The notes beneath the pieces are model-generated. The model saw nothing but the letters and a program-made list of their open reading frames with translations. It ran no database searches and was not told the origin of the DNA. The translations under genes were made by a program, and so were the position numbers. This document shows, piece by piece, positions 1 to 6,784 of a stretch of 13,797 nt of DNA. Numbering within the stretch: the stretch's first letter is position 1; every line of letters starts with the position of its first letter. This stretch comes from a virus, in UHGV virus genome UHGV-0117953; one strand, 5' to 3'.

Positions 1-44
1 GATGGTTGAGAGGGTTGCAGGGTAGTAGATAAGTTTTAGATAAC

Positions 45-70
45 AAAAAACCCATTTATGTAAACGGGTT
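45..70 (-). terminator. possible intrinsic terminator, minus-strand orientation
   Basis: Plus strand 45-68 is aaaaaa-cccatttatgtaaacggg. On the minus-strand RNA this folds as CCCGUUUA / UAAAUGGG (one G-U pair) followed by UUUUUU; it does not fold as well in plus orientation. Confidence 0.3.
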
Positions 71-74
71 AATG

Positions 75-108
75 AAAACAATAAGTTAGATTAAAAACAA
101 TAAGTTAG
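75..108. repeat. perfect 15-bp direct repeat aaaacaataagttag (75-89 and 94-108)
   Basis: Two identical 15-mers 19 bp apart in an AT-rich non-coding leader; a related agataagtt is at about 28-36. Possible recombinase arm-type or regulator binding sites. Confidence 0.4.
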
Positions 109-514
109 GTTGGTGGTCAGTGGTGGTTATTACGGGGTAATGCCAACCGCTGCCGCCACTTTGTCGCCACTGTGTTATCGTTCTGGCCTTACTTTGAAGG
201 TAATGGGCCTTTCTCCTCTAACTTACTCTGTGTTCCGTATATCTTTAACTCCTTCAAAAGGACTATGCCATATTACTGTTGCTGGGTGCGGGGAGCTTTT
301 TTAACCTACCTCCAAGAATCGGGGCACATGAACGCACATGTAGAACAACCGCTAAGTACCGCGAGTGGTCATCTTGCTATTTTTTTTGTAGCTCAAAAGG
401 TCTAAAATGGCTCCTTAACTATTATGAGATTGCGCGTGATATATAATAGTAAATCAGAGAATTTTAAAGTCTTAGGTTACATTATATTAACTTTTTTTGA
501 ATGGAATGATATAA

Positions 515-1267
515 ATGGCTGAATACGATAATCACCCATGTTTTCCTCAACCTAGTTCAGATGATATTTCCCTGTGGAAATATATGGATTTTACTAAATT
601 CATGGCATTAGTCACGTATCAAAAAATTTTTCTATGTCGATCTGATCTCTTTGATGATCCTTATGAAGGAACATTCCCAAGAAAAATTATAGAATATGTA
701 CATAATATGAATGAAAGCGACATTGATGAAACTATCTCTGAGTACATCAAGCAGGTGTATAATTTCAACAAGTATGTAAGAAAACATACTTATATAAGTT
801 GTTGGCATGCAAATGAGTTTGAGTCAGCAGCGATGTGGGATCTCTATAGTAAGAATGATGCTTCCGTTGCAATCGAAACCACTTATGCAGAAATAAAAAA
901 TCTATTACCGCCGGAAGCTATGATTGGCTTGGTTAAGTACATTGATTATGATAAGGATGTATTCCCGCTTGATAATACATTTTATCCTTTTACTCATAAA
1001 AGAAAATCATTCGAGCATGAGAGAGAAGTAAGGTTTTTAATTCAAAACTTACCTATCACTGCTGAGGGTACTAGCTTGGATTTTAATAATGCTGTAGCGC
1101 CAAATGTTATTCCGATTGATGTTGATGTTAGTTCATTTGTTAAAAAAGTCCATCTGTCTCCCCGCGCACCTGAATGGATGCTGAATTTGTTAAAAGACAT
1201 TGTGACTAAGTATTCAATAAATGTTGAGGTTAGGCGTTCTAATTTATACATTTCCCCAATTTACTAA
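515..1267 (+). CDS. hypothetical protein, DUF2971-like N-terminal signature
   Basis: 250-aa ORF with ATG start, roughly 35% GC. N-terminal LWKYMDFTKFMALVTYQKIFLCRSDLFDDPYEG resembles the DUF2971 pattern (aromatic-K/H-Y ... hydrophobic ... F/N-D-P-F/Y-E-G) as I recall it. Converges on the integrase 3' end. Confidence 0.6.
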   Translation: MAEYDNHPCFPQPSSDDISLWKYMDFTKFMALVTYQKIFLCRSDLFDDPYEGTFPRKIIEYVHNMNESDIDETISEYIKQVYNFNKYVRKHTYISCWHANEFESAAMWDLYSKNDASVAIETTYAEIKNLLPPEAMIGLVKYIDYDKDVFPLDNTFYPFTHKRKSFEHEREVRFLIQNLPITAEGTSLDFNNAVAPNVIPIDVDVSSFVKKVHLSPRAPEWMLNLLKDIVTKYSINVEVRRSNLYISPIY

Positions 1268-1437
1268 ACGGTAACCATAATTAAGTGATTATAGTGCTGG
1301 AGGATATTCTCTTTTAAAGGGAATGTCATCCGGTCTGTAATATTTGCAAATTAACACAATATGGTTGGAAAAGGCCAAATAATTCTCGGGTAGTTGCATA
1401 GTGAAGTATTGAATCCCATAAACGGCCCACAATTTAC

Positions 1438-2487
1438 TTAATCGGGGAGCATATCATTAGCTTCGGTATGCTGTGTGGGCATTGTAGATAATGGATTGTA
1501 GTGTAGCGCTGTATTAAGGTGATCCGGTGCAAGATGAGCGTAACGCATTGTCATTTTTATATCGTGATGTCCGAGGATTTTTTGCAAAGCAAGGATATTT
1601 CCACCCGACATCATGAAGTGCGCCGCAAACGTATGGCGCAGAACGTGTGTCAGTTGACCGCGAGGGAGCACGATAGACGTTTTTTCCATCACGGATAAAA
1701 ATTGAAAATAGCAGTCTGTGAAGAAATTGAACCCATCAAGCGCCATGATCTCTTCGTAAAGCTCTTTACTGATAGGGATGCTTCTGTTTTTCTTCCCCTT
1801 CGTTCTTACAAAGGTAATTCGGTATTTGGTCACCTGTGATCGGGTAAGGTTTATTGCTTCTCGCCAGCGTGCGCCTGTGCTTAAGCATATCTTGACTACC
1901 AGTGCCAGAATTGGGTCCTGACGTTTGCAATCAGCCAGCAATTCAACAATCTGCTCATGGGTAAGCCATGCCATCTCTTTTTCTGCGATGGTGAATTTTC
2001 GCATGTTCTCCAGTGGGTTTGGATACGACCATTCGCCCAGGCGGGATAGTTCGCTAAAAACACTACTTAGATAGCTTTGCTCCAGGTTAATAGTGACCGG
2101 GCTTGCTCCTTTCTTCCATTTCTCGCTGAAGTAGATCTCTCCTGTCAGGCGTTTATCTCGATAGTGGGCAAACATTTTAGAGGTGAGATCGGTTGCAAGG
2201 GGATTGCCAAGAGCGTCAACCATCAACAGCAATTTGTCATAAACATGCTGCCCAGCAGTCAGAGATTTACCATGTAGTTTGAACCATAGCTCAACCACGT
2301 CTTTCAATGTCCGACGATCCACTGATTCGCCCAGCCAGGGCTTTGCTTCTATTTCCCCCATGGTGTATCGCTCGAAGGCCAGTGCTTCGCCTTTGGTGGC
2401 GAATTGTTTACGCACACGACGCCCACTTCGTCCGGCGGGGTAACATTCGCAAAGCCATTTCCCTGTGGTGAGTTTTCGTACTGCCAT
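1438..2487 (-). CDS. int: tyrosine integrase (phage integrase family)
   Basis: N-terminus MAVRKLTTGKWLCECYPAGRSGRRVRKQFATKGEALAFE is typical of P2/186-type integrase arm-binding domains. C-terminal HVLRHTFA and LGHHDIKMTMRYAHL give the R..H..RH and catalytic Tyr boxes. Start moved to ATG 2487, which has GGAGGG 8 nt upstream; the track start at 2643 has no RBS. Confidence 0.9.
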   Translation of the reverse strand: MAVRKLTTGKWLCECYPAGRSGRRVRKQFATKGEALAFERYTMGEIEAKPWLGESVDRRTLKDVVELWFKLHGKSLTAGQHVYDKLLLMVDALGNPLATDLTSKMFAHYRDKRLTGEIYFSEKWKKGASPVTINLEQSYLSSVFSELSRLGEWSYPNPLENMRKFTIAEKEMAWLTHEQIVELLADCKRQDPILALVVKICLSTGARWREAINLTRSQVTKYRITFVRTKGKKNRSIPISKELYEEIMALDGFNFFTDCYFQFLSVMEKTSIVLPRGQLTHVLRHTFAAHFMMSGGNILALQKILGHHDIKMTMRYAHLAPDHLNTALHYNPLSTMPTQHTEANDMLPD

Positions 2488-2675
2488 AAAAAATGCCCTC
2501 CAGTAGAGAGCATTTTCACTGTATGTATAACCAGTGTCAATGTATGAAATCCTACGACCATACATCTCACTGAAGCCATAATTAAGTTGGCTATTCTTTT
2601 TGCTATGTGAGCATGTAACTTTTGCGGTTAACCTGCGGCTCATTTTTATTTTAGGCGCAGATATAAAAGCAAAAG

Positions 2676-2867
2676 TTATCGTGAGTTTTTAGTACAGATT
2701 TTTTTGGATTTACTAATAGTTCCATCATTGCAAACGAATTTGCCATCTGAGGTACAGTGAGAAACACCTCCCTTTTTCCCTGAACAGGGATAATTTCTAG
2801 CATAGGTAGTTAGTGGGTTTAATAACAAAGAACATGACAAAACCACAAAAAATACCTTACCAAGCAT
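2676..2867 (-). CDS. small secreted Cys-rich protein (signal peptide plus 4-Cys mature peptide)
   Basis: 63 aa. [23 protein letters not shown] looks like a Sec signal peptide; the mature part has 4 Cys and many Lys. Strong RBS GGGAGG 5 nt upstream of ATG on the minus strand (plus 2874-2879 cctccc). Confidence 0.45.
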   Translation of the reverse strand: MLGKVFFVVLSCSLLLNPLTTYARNYPCSGKKGGVSHCTSDGKFVCNDGTISKSKKICTKNSR

Positions 2868-2882
2868 AGTTTCCTCCCGGTA

Positions 2883-3452
2883 CTATTTAACATACTTGAC
2901 TGTTAAACTTATAATTTTACCAATTATTTCAATGTCTTCTATCTTGCATTCGAAGGCTCTGTTTCCACCCTCGACGAAGATTCTTCCACCGGGTAAACGA
3001 GTAATGTCACGGATCGTTATTTCGCCATCAATACTTATTACCCATTTACCATCACGTATATCATCAAATTCCTTATCACAAATAAATTCAGAATTATTAT
3101 CTGTGATTACAAAAAGATTCTTGAATGCCGACGGTAGAAATTCTCTATCGAAAATATAAAAACCGTCTTCACACAAAGCCCCATCAGATAATACATATTT
3201 AGCAACTTCCATAGTATTTGTATTACCTGAAGTTTGCTTTGAACCATGCCCGGTTGTGAGCCAATTAAGCGAAGTGCCTGTTTCAAGGGCGCACTGGATT
3301 ACCCATTCTGCTGGGAATGAGTCACGCATGTAGCGTGTGGCGAGTGTACTTTTAGAGATTCCTAAATGATCGCACAACGCCTGTCGAGTCTTGAATCCAT
3401 AAGCTTCTACCATGCGCTCTATAGCGCCTCGTCCGCCTTTCTCCAAATTCAT
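2883..3452 (-). CDS. cI: CI-type immunity repressor (186/P2-like prophage repressor)
   Basis: N-terminal HTH-like segment TRQALCDHLGISKSTLATRYMRDSFPAEWVIQCALETGTSLNWLTTG. Sits at the immunity position, divergent from the early operon and co-directional with int. ATG at 3452 has GGAG 5 nt upstream; the track start at 3458 is GTG. Confidence 0.75.
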   Translation of the reverse strand: MNLEKGGRGAIERMVEAYGFKTRQALCDHLGISKSTLATRYMRDSFPAEWVIQCALETGTSLNWLTTGHGSKQTSGNTNTMEVAKYVLSDGALCEDGFYIFDREFLPSAFKNLFVITDNNSEFICDKEFDDIRDGKWVISIDGEITIRDITRLPGGRIFVEGGNRAFECKIEDIEIIGKIISLTVKYVK

Positions 3453-3476
3453 GGTCACTCCAAGTGAACTTTTGTC

Positions 3477-3505
3477 TTGATGATTTCACTGTGCGATCGT
3501 ATGTT
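3477..3505 (+). promoter_or_regulatory. candidate rightward early promoter (-35 TTGATG, 17-bp spacer, -10 TATGTT)
   Basis: Hexamers at 3477-3482 and 3500-3505 in the divergent cI/early intergenic region. Inverted hexamers gtgaac (about 3465) and gttcac (about 3512) flank it, and a perfect 10-bp palindrome tgattaatca lies at 3544-3553. Confidence 0.3.
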
Positions 3506-3577
3506 TATGGTGTTCACAAAATACAAACGATCCGTATTCGTCCTGATTAATCATCATTAAACGAGGAATGTTGCATC

Positions 3578-3799
3578 ATGAGACCTAACATTTCAATCAC
3601 TCTTACCACGCCTCATGTGACTATTGAACGCTATAGCGAGCTGACAGGGCTGTCCATCGATACTATCAATGACATGTTGGCTGATGGACGCCTTATCCGT
3701 CACCGTTTGCGCAAAGATAAAAAACGCGAAAAAGTGATGATCAACATAGCAGCCATGACCGTTGATGCGCTTTCAGAATGCAATCTAAACCTTAATTAG
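3578..3799 (+). CDS. Cox/Apl-like early regulator or excisionase (called by position)
   Basis: 73-aa first ORF of the rightward operon, immediately opposite the repressor. GAGGAA RBS 9 nt upstream. Basic HTH-like segment TIERYSELTGLSIDTINDMLADGRL. Confidence 0.5.
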   Translation: MRPNISITLTTPHVTIERYSELTGLSIDTINDMLADGRLIRHRLRKDKKREKVMINIAAMTVDALSECNLNLN

Positions 3800-3831
3800 T
3801 TCGATTCTGAAATACATCAGAGGCATTGACT

Positions 3832-4341
3832 ATGTTTGATTACCAAGTTTCCAAACATCCACATTTTGATGAAGCCTGTCGTGCATTCGCACTGCGCCAC
3901 AACCTGGTGCAACTGGCAGAACGTGCAGGCATGAATGTGCAGATTCTGCGGAACAAGCTGAACCCAGCTCAACCTCATTTATTAACCGCACCAGAAATCT
4001 GGCTGCTTACCGATCTGACTGAAGATTCAACGCTGGTAGATGGTTTTCTGGCACAGATTCATTGTCTGCCATGTGTACCGATTAATGAGGTGGCAAAAGA
4101 GAAACTGCCACATTACGTCATGAGTGCAACCGCAGAGATCGGGCGTGTTGCTGCAGGTGCGGTATCTGGCGATGTAAAAACCAGTGCAGGCCGTCGTGAT
4201 GCTATCAGCAGCATTAACTCTGTAACACGACTGATGGCGTTGGCTGCTGTTTCATTGCAGGCCCGTTTACAGGCTAACCCTGCGATGGCGAGTGCAGTTG
4301 ATACTGTGACTGGCCTCGGTGCTTCATTCGGTTTGCTGTGA
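3832..4341 (+). CDS. cII: phage regulatory protein CII (186 CII family)
   Basis: 169 aa from ATG 3832 (AGAGG 9 nt upstream; the track start at 3826 is TTG). [25 protein letters not shown]...[24 protein letters not shown] matches my memory of the CII/CP76 family, and the length equals 186 CII. Confidence 0.8.
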   Translation: MFDYQVSKHPHFDEACRAFALRHNLVQLAERAGMNVQILRNKLNPAQPHLLTAPEIWLLTDLTEDSTLVDGFLAQIHCLPCVPINEVAKEKLPHYVMSATAEIGRVAAGAVSGDVKTSAGRRDAISSINSVTRLMALAAVSLQARLQANPAMASAVDTVTGLGASFGLL

Positions 4342-4348
4342 GGTGCTT

Positions 4349-4645
4349 ATGCTGACGAAAGAACCATCATTTGCATCGCTGCTGGTAAAACAAAGCCCGG
4401 CAATGCACTACGGTCACGGCTGGATCACGGGTGAGGATGGAAAACGCTGGCATCCATGTCATTCACAAGATGAATTGCTGTCTGAATTGACCACGAGGAA
4501 ACGGAGAAAGTCCAAATGTATGCGGCAGAAAGTGAAGTGGTTTATCAGTTTCGTTACAGAGGGGAGAGTTATTCAGTACCTGAAGATGATTTGCTCTGTT
4601 GCTATCCGTCGTTGTCGGGCGATGGTAGCTACTTTTTCACGCTAA
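4349..4645 (+). CDS. hypothetical early protein (real 3' end uncertain)
   Basis: ATG 4349 with GAGGTG RBS directly after the cII stop. The N-terminal roughly 55 aa look protein-like; the C-terminal part overlaps the next ORF in another frame and looks less protein-like. Confidence 0.35.
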   Translation: MLTKEPSFASLLVKQSPAMHYGHGWITGEDGKRWHPCHSQDELLSELTTRKRRKSKCMRQKVKWFISFVTEGRVIQYLKMICSVAIRRCRAMVATFSR

Positions 4646-4740
4646 AGGATGGAACCTTTATACGTGGTGAAAAAGTACAAGAAGTGATGCGTATAAAGAC
4701 ATCACCTCTTGAACGTTATCGGCGAAGTATTTATCGGTAA
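4516..4740 (+). CDS. hypothetical early protein
   Basis: 74-aa ORF, ATG with GGAG about 9 nt upstream, balanced composition (MYAAESEVVYQFRYRGESYSVPEDDLL...). Confidence 0.45.
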   Translation: MYAAESEVVYQFRYRGESYSVPEDDLLCCYPSLSGDGSYFFTLKDGTFIRGEKVQEVMRIKTSPLERYRRSIYR

Positions 4741-4979
4741 CGATCTATCAGTGTCTGTATCAGATGAGTGAATTCTTGTTGTTTAACCGAACCTAAAGGA
4801 AGTTTGTTTAATTCTTCGCGGAGGAGCTCAAAAAATGCAGATTGATTTGCTGAGTCAGTTCGAAATAAGGAGTGGATCAGACCTGAAACAAGAATTCGTT
4901 GAACAGCAACCTCATCGCGAAGACTGGAGATCTCGTTTTCAAGTTGCTCTAAACGCTCTCTTTCAACCGGGTTCAACAT
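4731..4979 (-). CDS. hypothetical helical protein encoded antisense to the early operon
   Basis: 82-aa ORF, ATG with AAGGAA 6-7 nt upstream on the minus strand, protein-like charged helical sequence (MLNPVERERLEQLENEISSLRDEV...). An AT-rich stretch lies upstream (5000-5060). Competes with the less protein-like plus ORF 4835-5071. Confidence 0.4.
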   Translation of the reverse strand: MLNPVERERLEQLENEISSLRDEVAVQRILVSGLIHSLFRTDSANQSAFFELLREELNKLPLGSVKQQEFTHLIQTLIDRYR

Positions 4980-5060
4980 TGATGATTCCTTCTAGCTATC
5001 AATATGTTGGTAATGGATCATATCAAAAATTTTTTAGTAGATGTGTTGTGGGATGCATAA

Positions 5061-5402
5061 ATGGCTATTGAAGGCGCTGCGGCGACTGTTCCATTAAGTC
5101 CCGGTGAACGCCTGAATGGACTTAATCACATAGCGGAATTAAGGGCGAAAGTATTTGGCCTGAATATTGAGTCAGAGCTTGAGCGGTTTATTAAAGATAT
5201 GCGTGATCCACGGGATATCAATAATGAACAAAATAAACGGGCACTGGCTGCCATATTCTTTATGGCAAAAATTCCAGCTGAACGTCATAGCATCAGCATT
5301 AATGAGCTGACCACTGACGAAAAGCGGGAGTTGATTAAAGCAATGAATCATTTTCGTGCAGTGGTGAGCTTATTTCCCAGACGGCTAACCATGCCGAATT
5401 AA
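5061..5402 (+). CDS. hypothetical early-operon protein
   Basis: 113-aa ORF with ATG start and protein-like composition, upstream of the replication genes. Confidence 0.55.
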   Translation: MAIEGAAATVPLSPGERLNGLNHIAELRAKVFGLNIESELERFIKDMRDPRDINNEQNKRALAAIFFMAKIPAERHSISINELTTDEKRELIKAMNHFRAVVSLFPRRLTMPN

Positions 5403-5469
5403 CCAAATAATGAAATTAATGGCGTAAACCCGCCGGGCATCCCTTTATCTAAATTCAGGAGAATTGATT

Positions 5470-5703
5470 ATGCGTAATATTGAAACCCGCACCACTCAAA
5501 CCGGACCGGATGACGCAGGGCTTAATATTTTACTGACAGAGGCTCGTCTGGAAGAACGCCGGGCAAGGGCTGAAGCAATGGCCGCTCGCCTTGATAGCCT
5601 GGCGTGTCATATCTCATCCCGCCAGCTAAACCACGTCGAAGCGGCAGAACTGCTGCGTGTGACTGCTGAAGCAATCCAGAACGAAGCGCAGGAGATCCAC
5701 TAA
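5470..5703 (+). CDS. hypothetical early-operon protein
   Basis: ATG 5470 with AGGAG 8 nt upstream (the track start at 5464 is TTG). Its stop overlaps the next start as TAATG. Confidence 0.55.
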   Translation: MRNIETRTTQTGPDDAGLNILLTEARLEERRARAEAMAARLDSLACHISSRQLNHVEAAELLRVTAEAIQNEAQEIH

Positions 5704-5930
5704 TGGCTGATGCAATGGATCTCGTACAGCAGCGCGTTGAAGAAGAACGCCAGCGCCATATCCGTGCTGCCCGTGCCAAAACGCCGGGCGTGTCCCGCGT
5801 GCTTTGTATTGAGTGTGAAGCACCAATTCCGCCAGCACGACGCCGCGCCATTCCGGGAGTGCAGCTTTGCATTACCTGTCAGGAAATCGCAGAGCTGAAA
5901 GGCAAACATTACAACGGAGGTGCTGTATGA
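5703..5930 (+). CDS. TraR/DksA-family C4 zinc-finger protein
   Basis: 75 aa with CIECEAPIPPARRRAIPGVQLCITCQ (C-x2-C...C-x2-C) after a helical N-terminus, as in phage TraR-like proteins. Translationally coupled on both sides. Confidence 0.75.
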   Translation: MADAMDLVQQRVEEERQRHIRAARAKTPGVSRVLCIECEAPIPPARRRAIPGVQLCITCQEIAELKGKHYNGGAV

Positions 5931-6784
5931 GCACCATCCTGAAATGGGCGGGAAATAAAACCACCATAATGTCCGAACTGAAAAAACATCTTCCTGCTGG
6001 CCCGCGACTGGTTGAACCTTTCGCGGGTTCCTGTGCTGTGATGATGGAGACGGATTATCCCAGCTATCTGGTTGCGGATATTAATCCTGATTTAATCAAC
6101 CTCTATAAAAAGGTTGCCGCTGATTGTGAATCGTTTATATCTCGCGCCAGAGTTTTATTTGAGATCGCAAACAGGGAGGTGGCTTATTACAACATAAGGC
6201 AGGAGTTTAATTACTCAACTGAAATTACTGATTTCATGAAAGCGGTATATTTCCTGTATCTCAATCGTCACGGTTACCGTGGTTTATGTCGCTATAACAA
6301 GAGCGGGCATTTCAACATTCCCTACGGTAATTATAAAAATCCGTATTTCCCTGAAAAAGAAATTCGCGCATTTGCAGAAAAGGCCCAGCGAGCAACGTTT
6401 ATCTGCGCCAGCTTTGATGAAACGCTGGCGATGTTGAAGGCGGGGGATGTGGTGTATTGCGATCCGCCGTATGACGGTACGTTTTCCGGCTATCACACTG
6501 ACGGCTTCACTGAAGATGACCAGTATCACCTGGCATCTGTTCTTGAACATCGGTCATCAGAAGGACATCCGGTCATTGTTTCTAACAGTGACACATCCCT
6601 GATCCGTTCGCTGTATCGCAATTTTACTCACCACTACATCAAGGCAAAACGCAGCATCGGTGTGGCAGCTGGCGAGGGTAAATCAGCAACAGAAATCATT
6701 GCTGTTTCCGGGCCGCGCTGCTGGGTGGGATTTGATTATTCGCGTGGCGTGGATAGTTCTGCCGTGTACGGAGTACGTGCATGA
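5927..6784 (+). CDS. dam: DNA adenine methyltransferase (Dam family)
   Basis: [12 protein letters not shown]-terminus, FAGSCAV AdoMet motif and catalytic DPPY at 6461-6472. Start set to ATG 5927 (GGAGG 6 nt upstream; overlaps the upstream stop). The track start at 5867 is an upstream extension. Confidence 0.9.
   Translation: MSTILKWAGNKTTIMSELKKHLPAGPRLVEPFAGSCAVMMETDYPSYLVADINPDLINLYKKVAADCESFISRARVLFEIANREVAYYNIRQEFNYSTEITDFMKAVYFLYLNRHGYRGLCRYNKSGHFNIPYGNYKNPYFPEKEIRAFAEKAQRATFICASFDETLAMLKAGDVVYCDPPYDGTFSGYHTDGFTEDDQYHLASVLEHRSSEGHPVIVSNSDTSLIRSLYRNFTHHYIKAKRSIGVAAGEGKSATEIIAVSGPRCWVGFDYSRGVDSSAVYGVRA

Noticed and set aside
110-405. Plus-strand ORFs 110-304 and 172-405 in the left leader
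   Set aside because: Mutually overlapping, no convincing RBS, low-complexity translations. The region looks non-coding.
1042-1251. Minus-strand 69-aa ORF inside the DUF2971-like gene
   Set aside because: Fully antisense to a longer, better-supported ORF and no RBS.
1268-1437. tRNA gene or attL core at the integrase 3' end
   Set aside because: No tRNA-like structure or T-arm motif seen, and the att core cannot be defined without the other prophage end.
2077-2579. ORFs 2077-2277 (plus) and 2349-2579 (minus) within the integrase region
   Set aside because: Embedded in or antisense to the integrase reading frame; typical shadow ORFs.
2488-2643. N-terminal extension of the integrase ORF to the ATG at 2643
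   Set aside because: No Shine-Dalgarno at 2643, whereas ATG 2487 has GGAGGG and yields the canonical integrase N-terminus.
2896-3159. Plus-strand 87-aa ORF antisense to the repressor
   Set aside because: Lies entirely within the cI coding region on the opposite strand; Ser/Ile-rich translation.
4835-5071. Plus-strand 78-aa ORF overlapping the antisense 82-aa ORF
   Set aside because: Less protein-like composition and no clear RBS. Kept only as the alternative to the minus-strand call.
5522-5909. Cluster of ORFs on both strands (5522-5872, 5626-5838, 5700-5909 minus; 5710-5898 plus)
   Set aside because: All overlap the TraR-like zinc-finger gene and 5470-5703 in GC-rich DNA; Arg/Ala-rich shadow frames.
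5867-5926. Upstream extension of dam to the ATG at 5867
   Set aside because: It would overlap the TraR-like gene by 60 nt; ATG 5927 has GGAGG and gives the typical Dam N-terminus.
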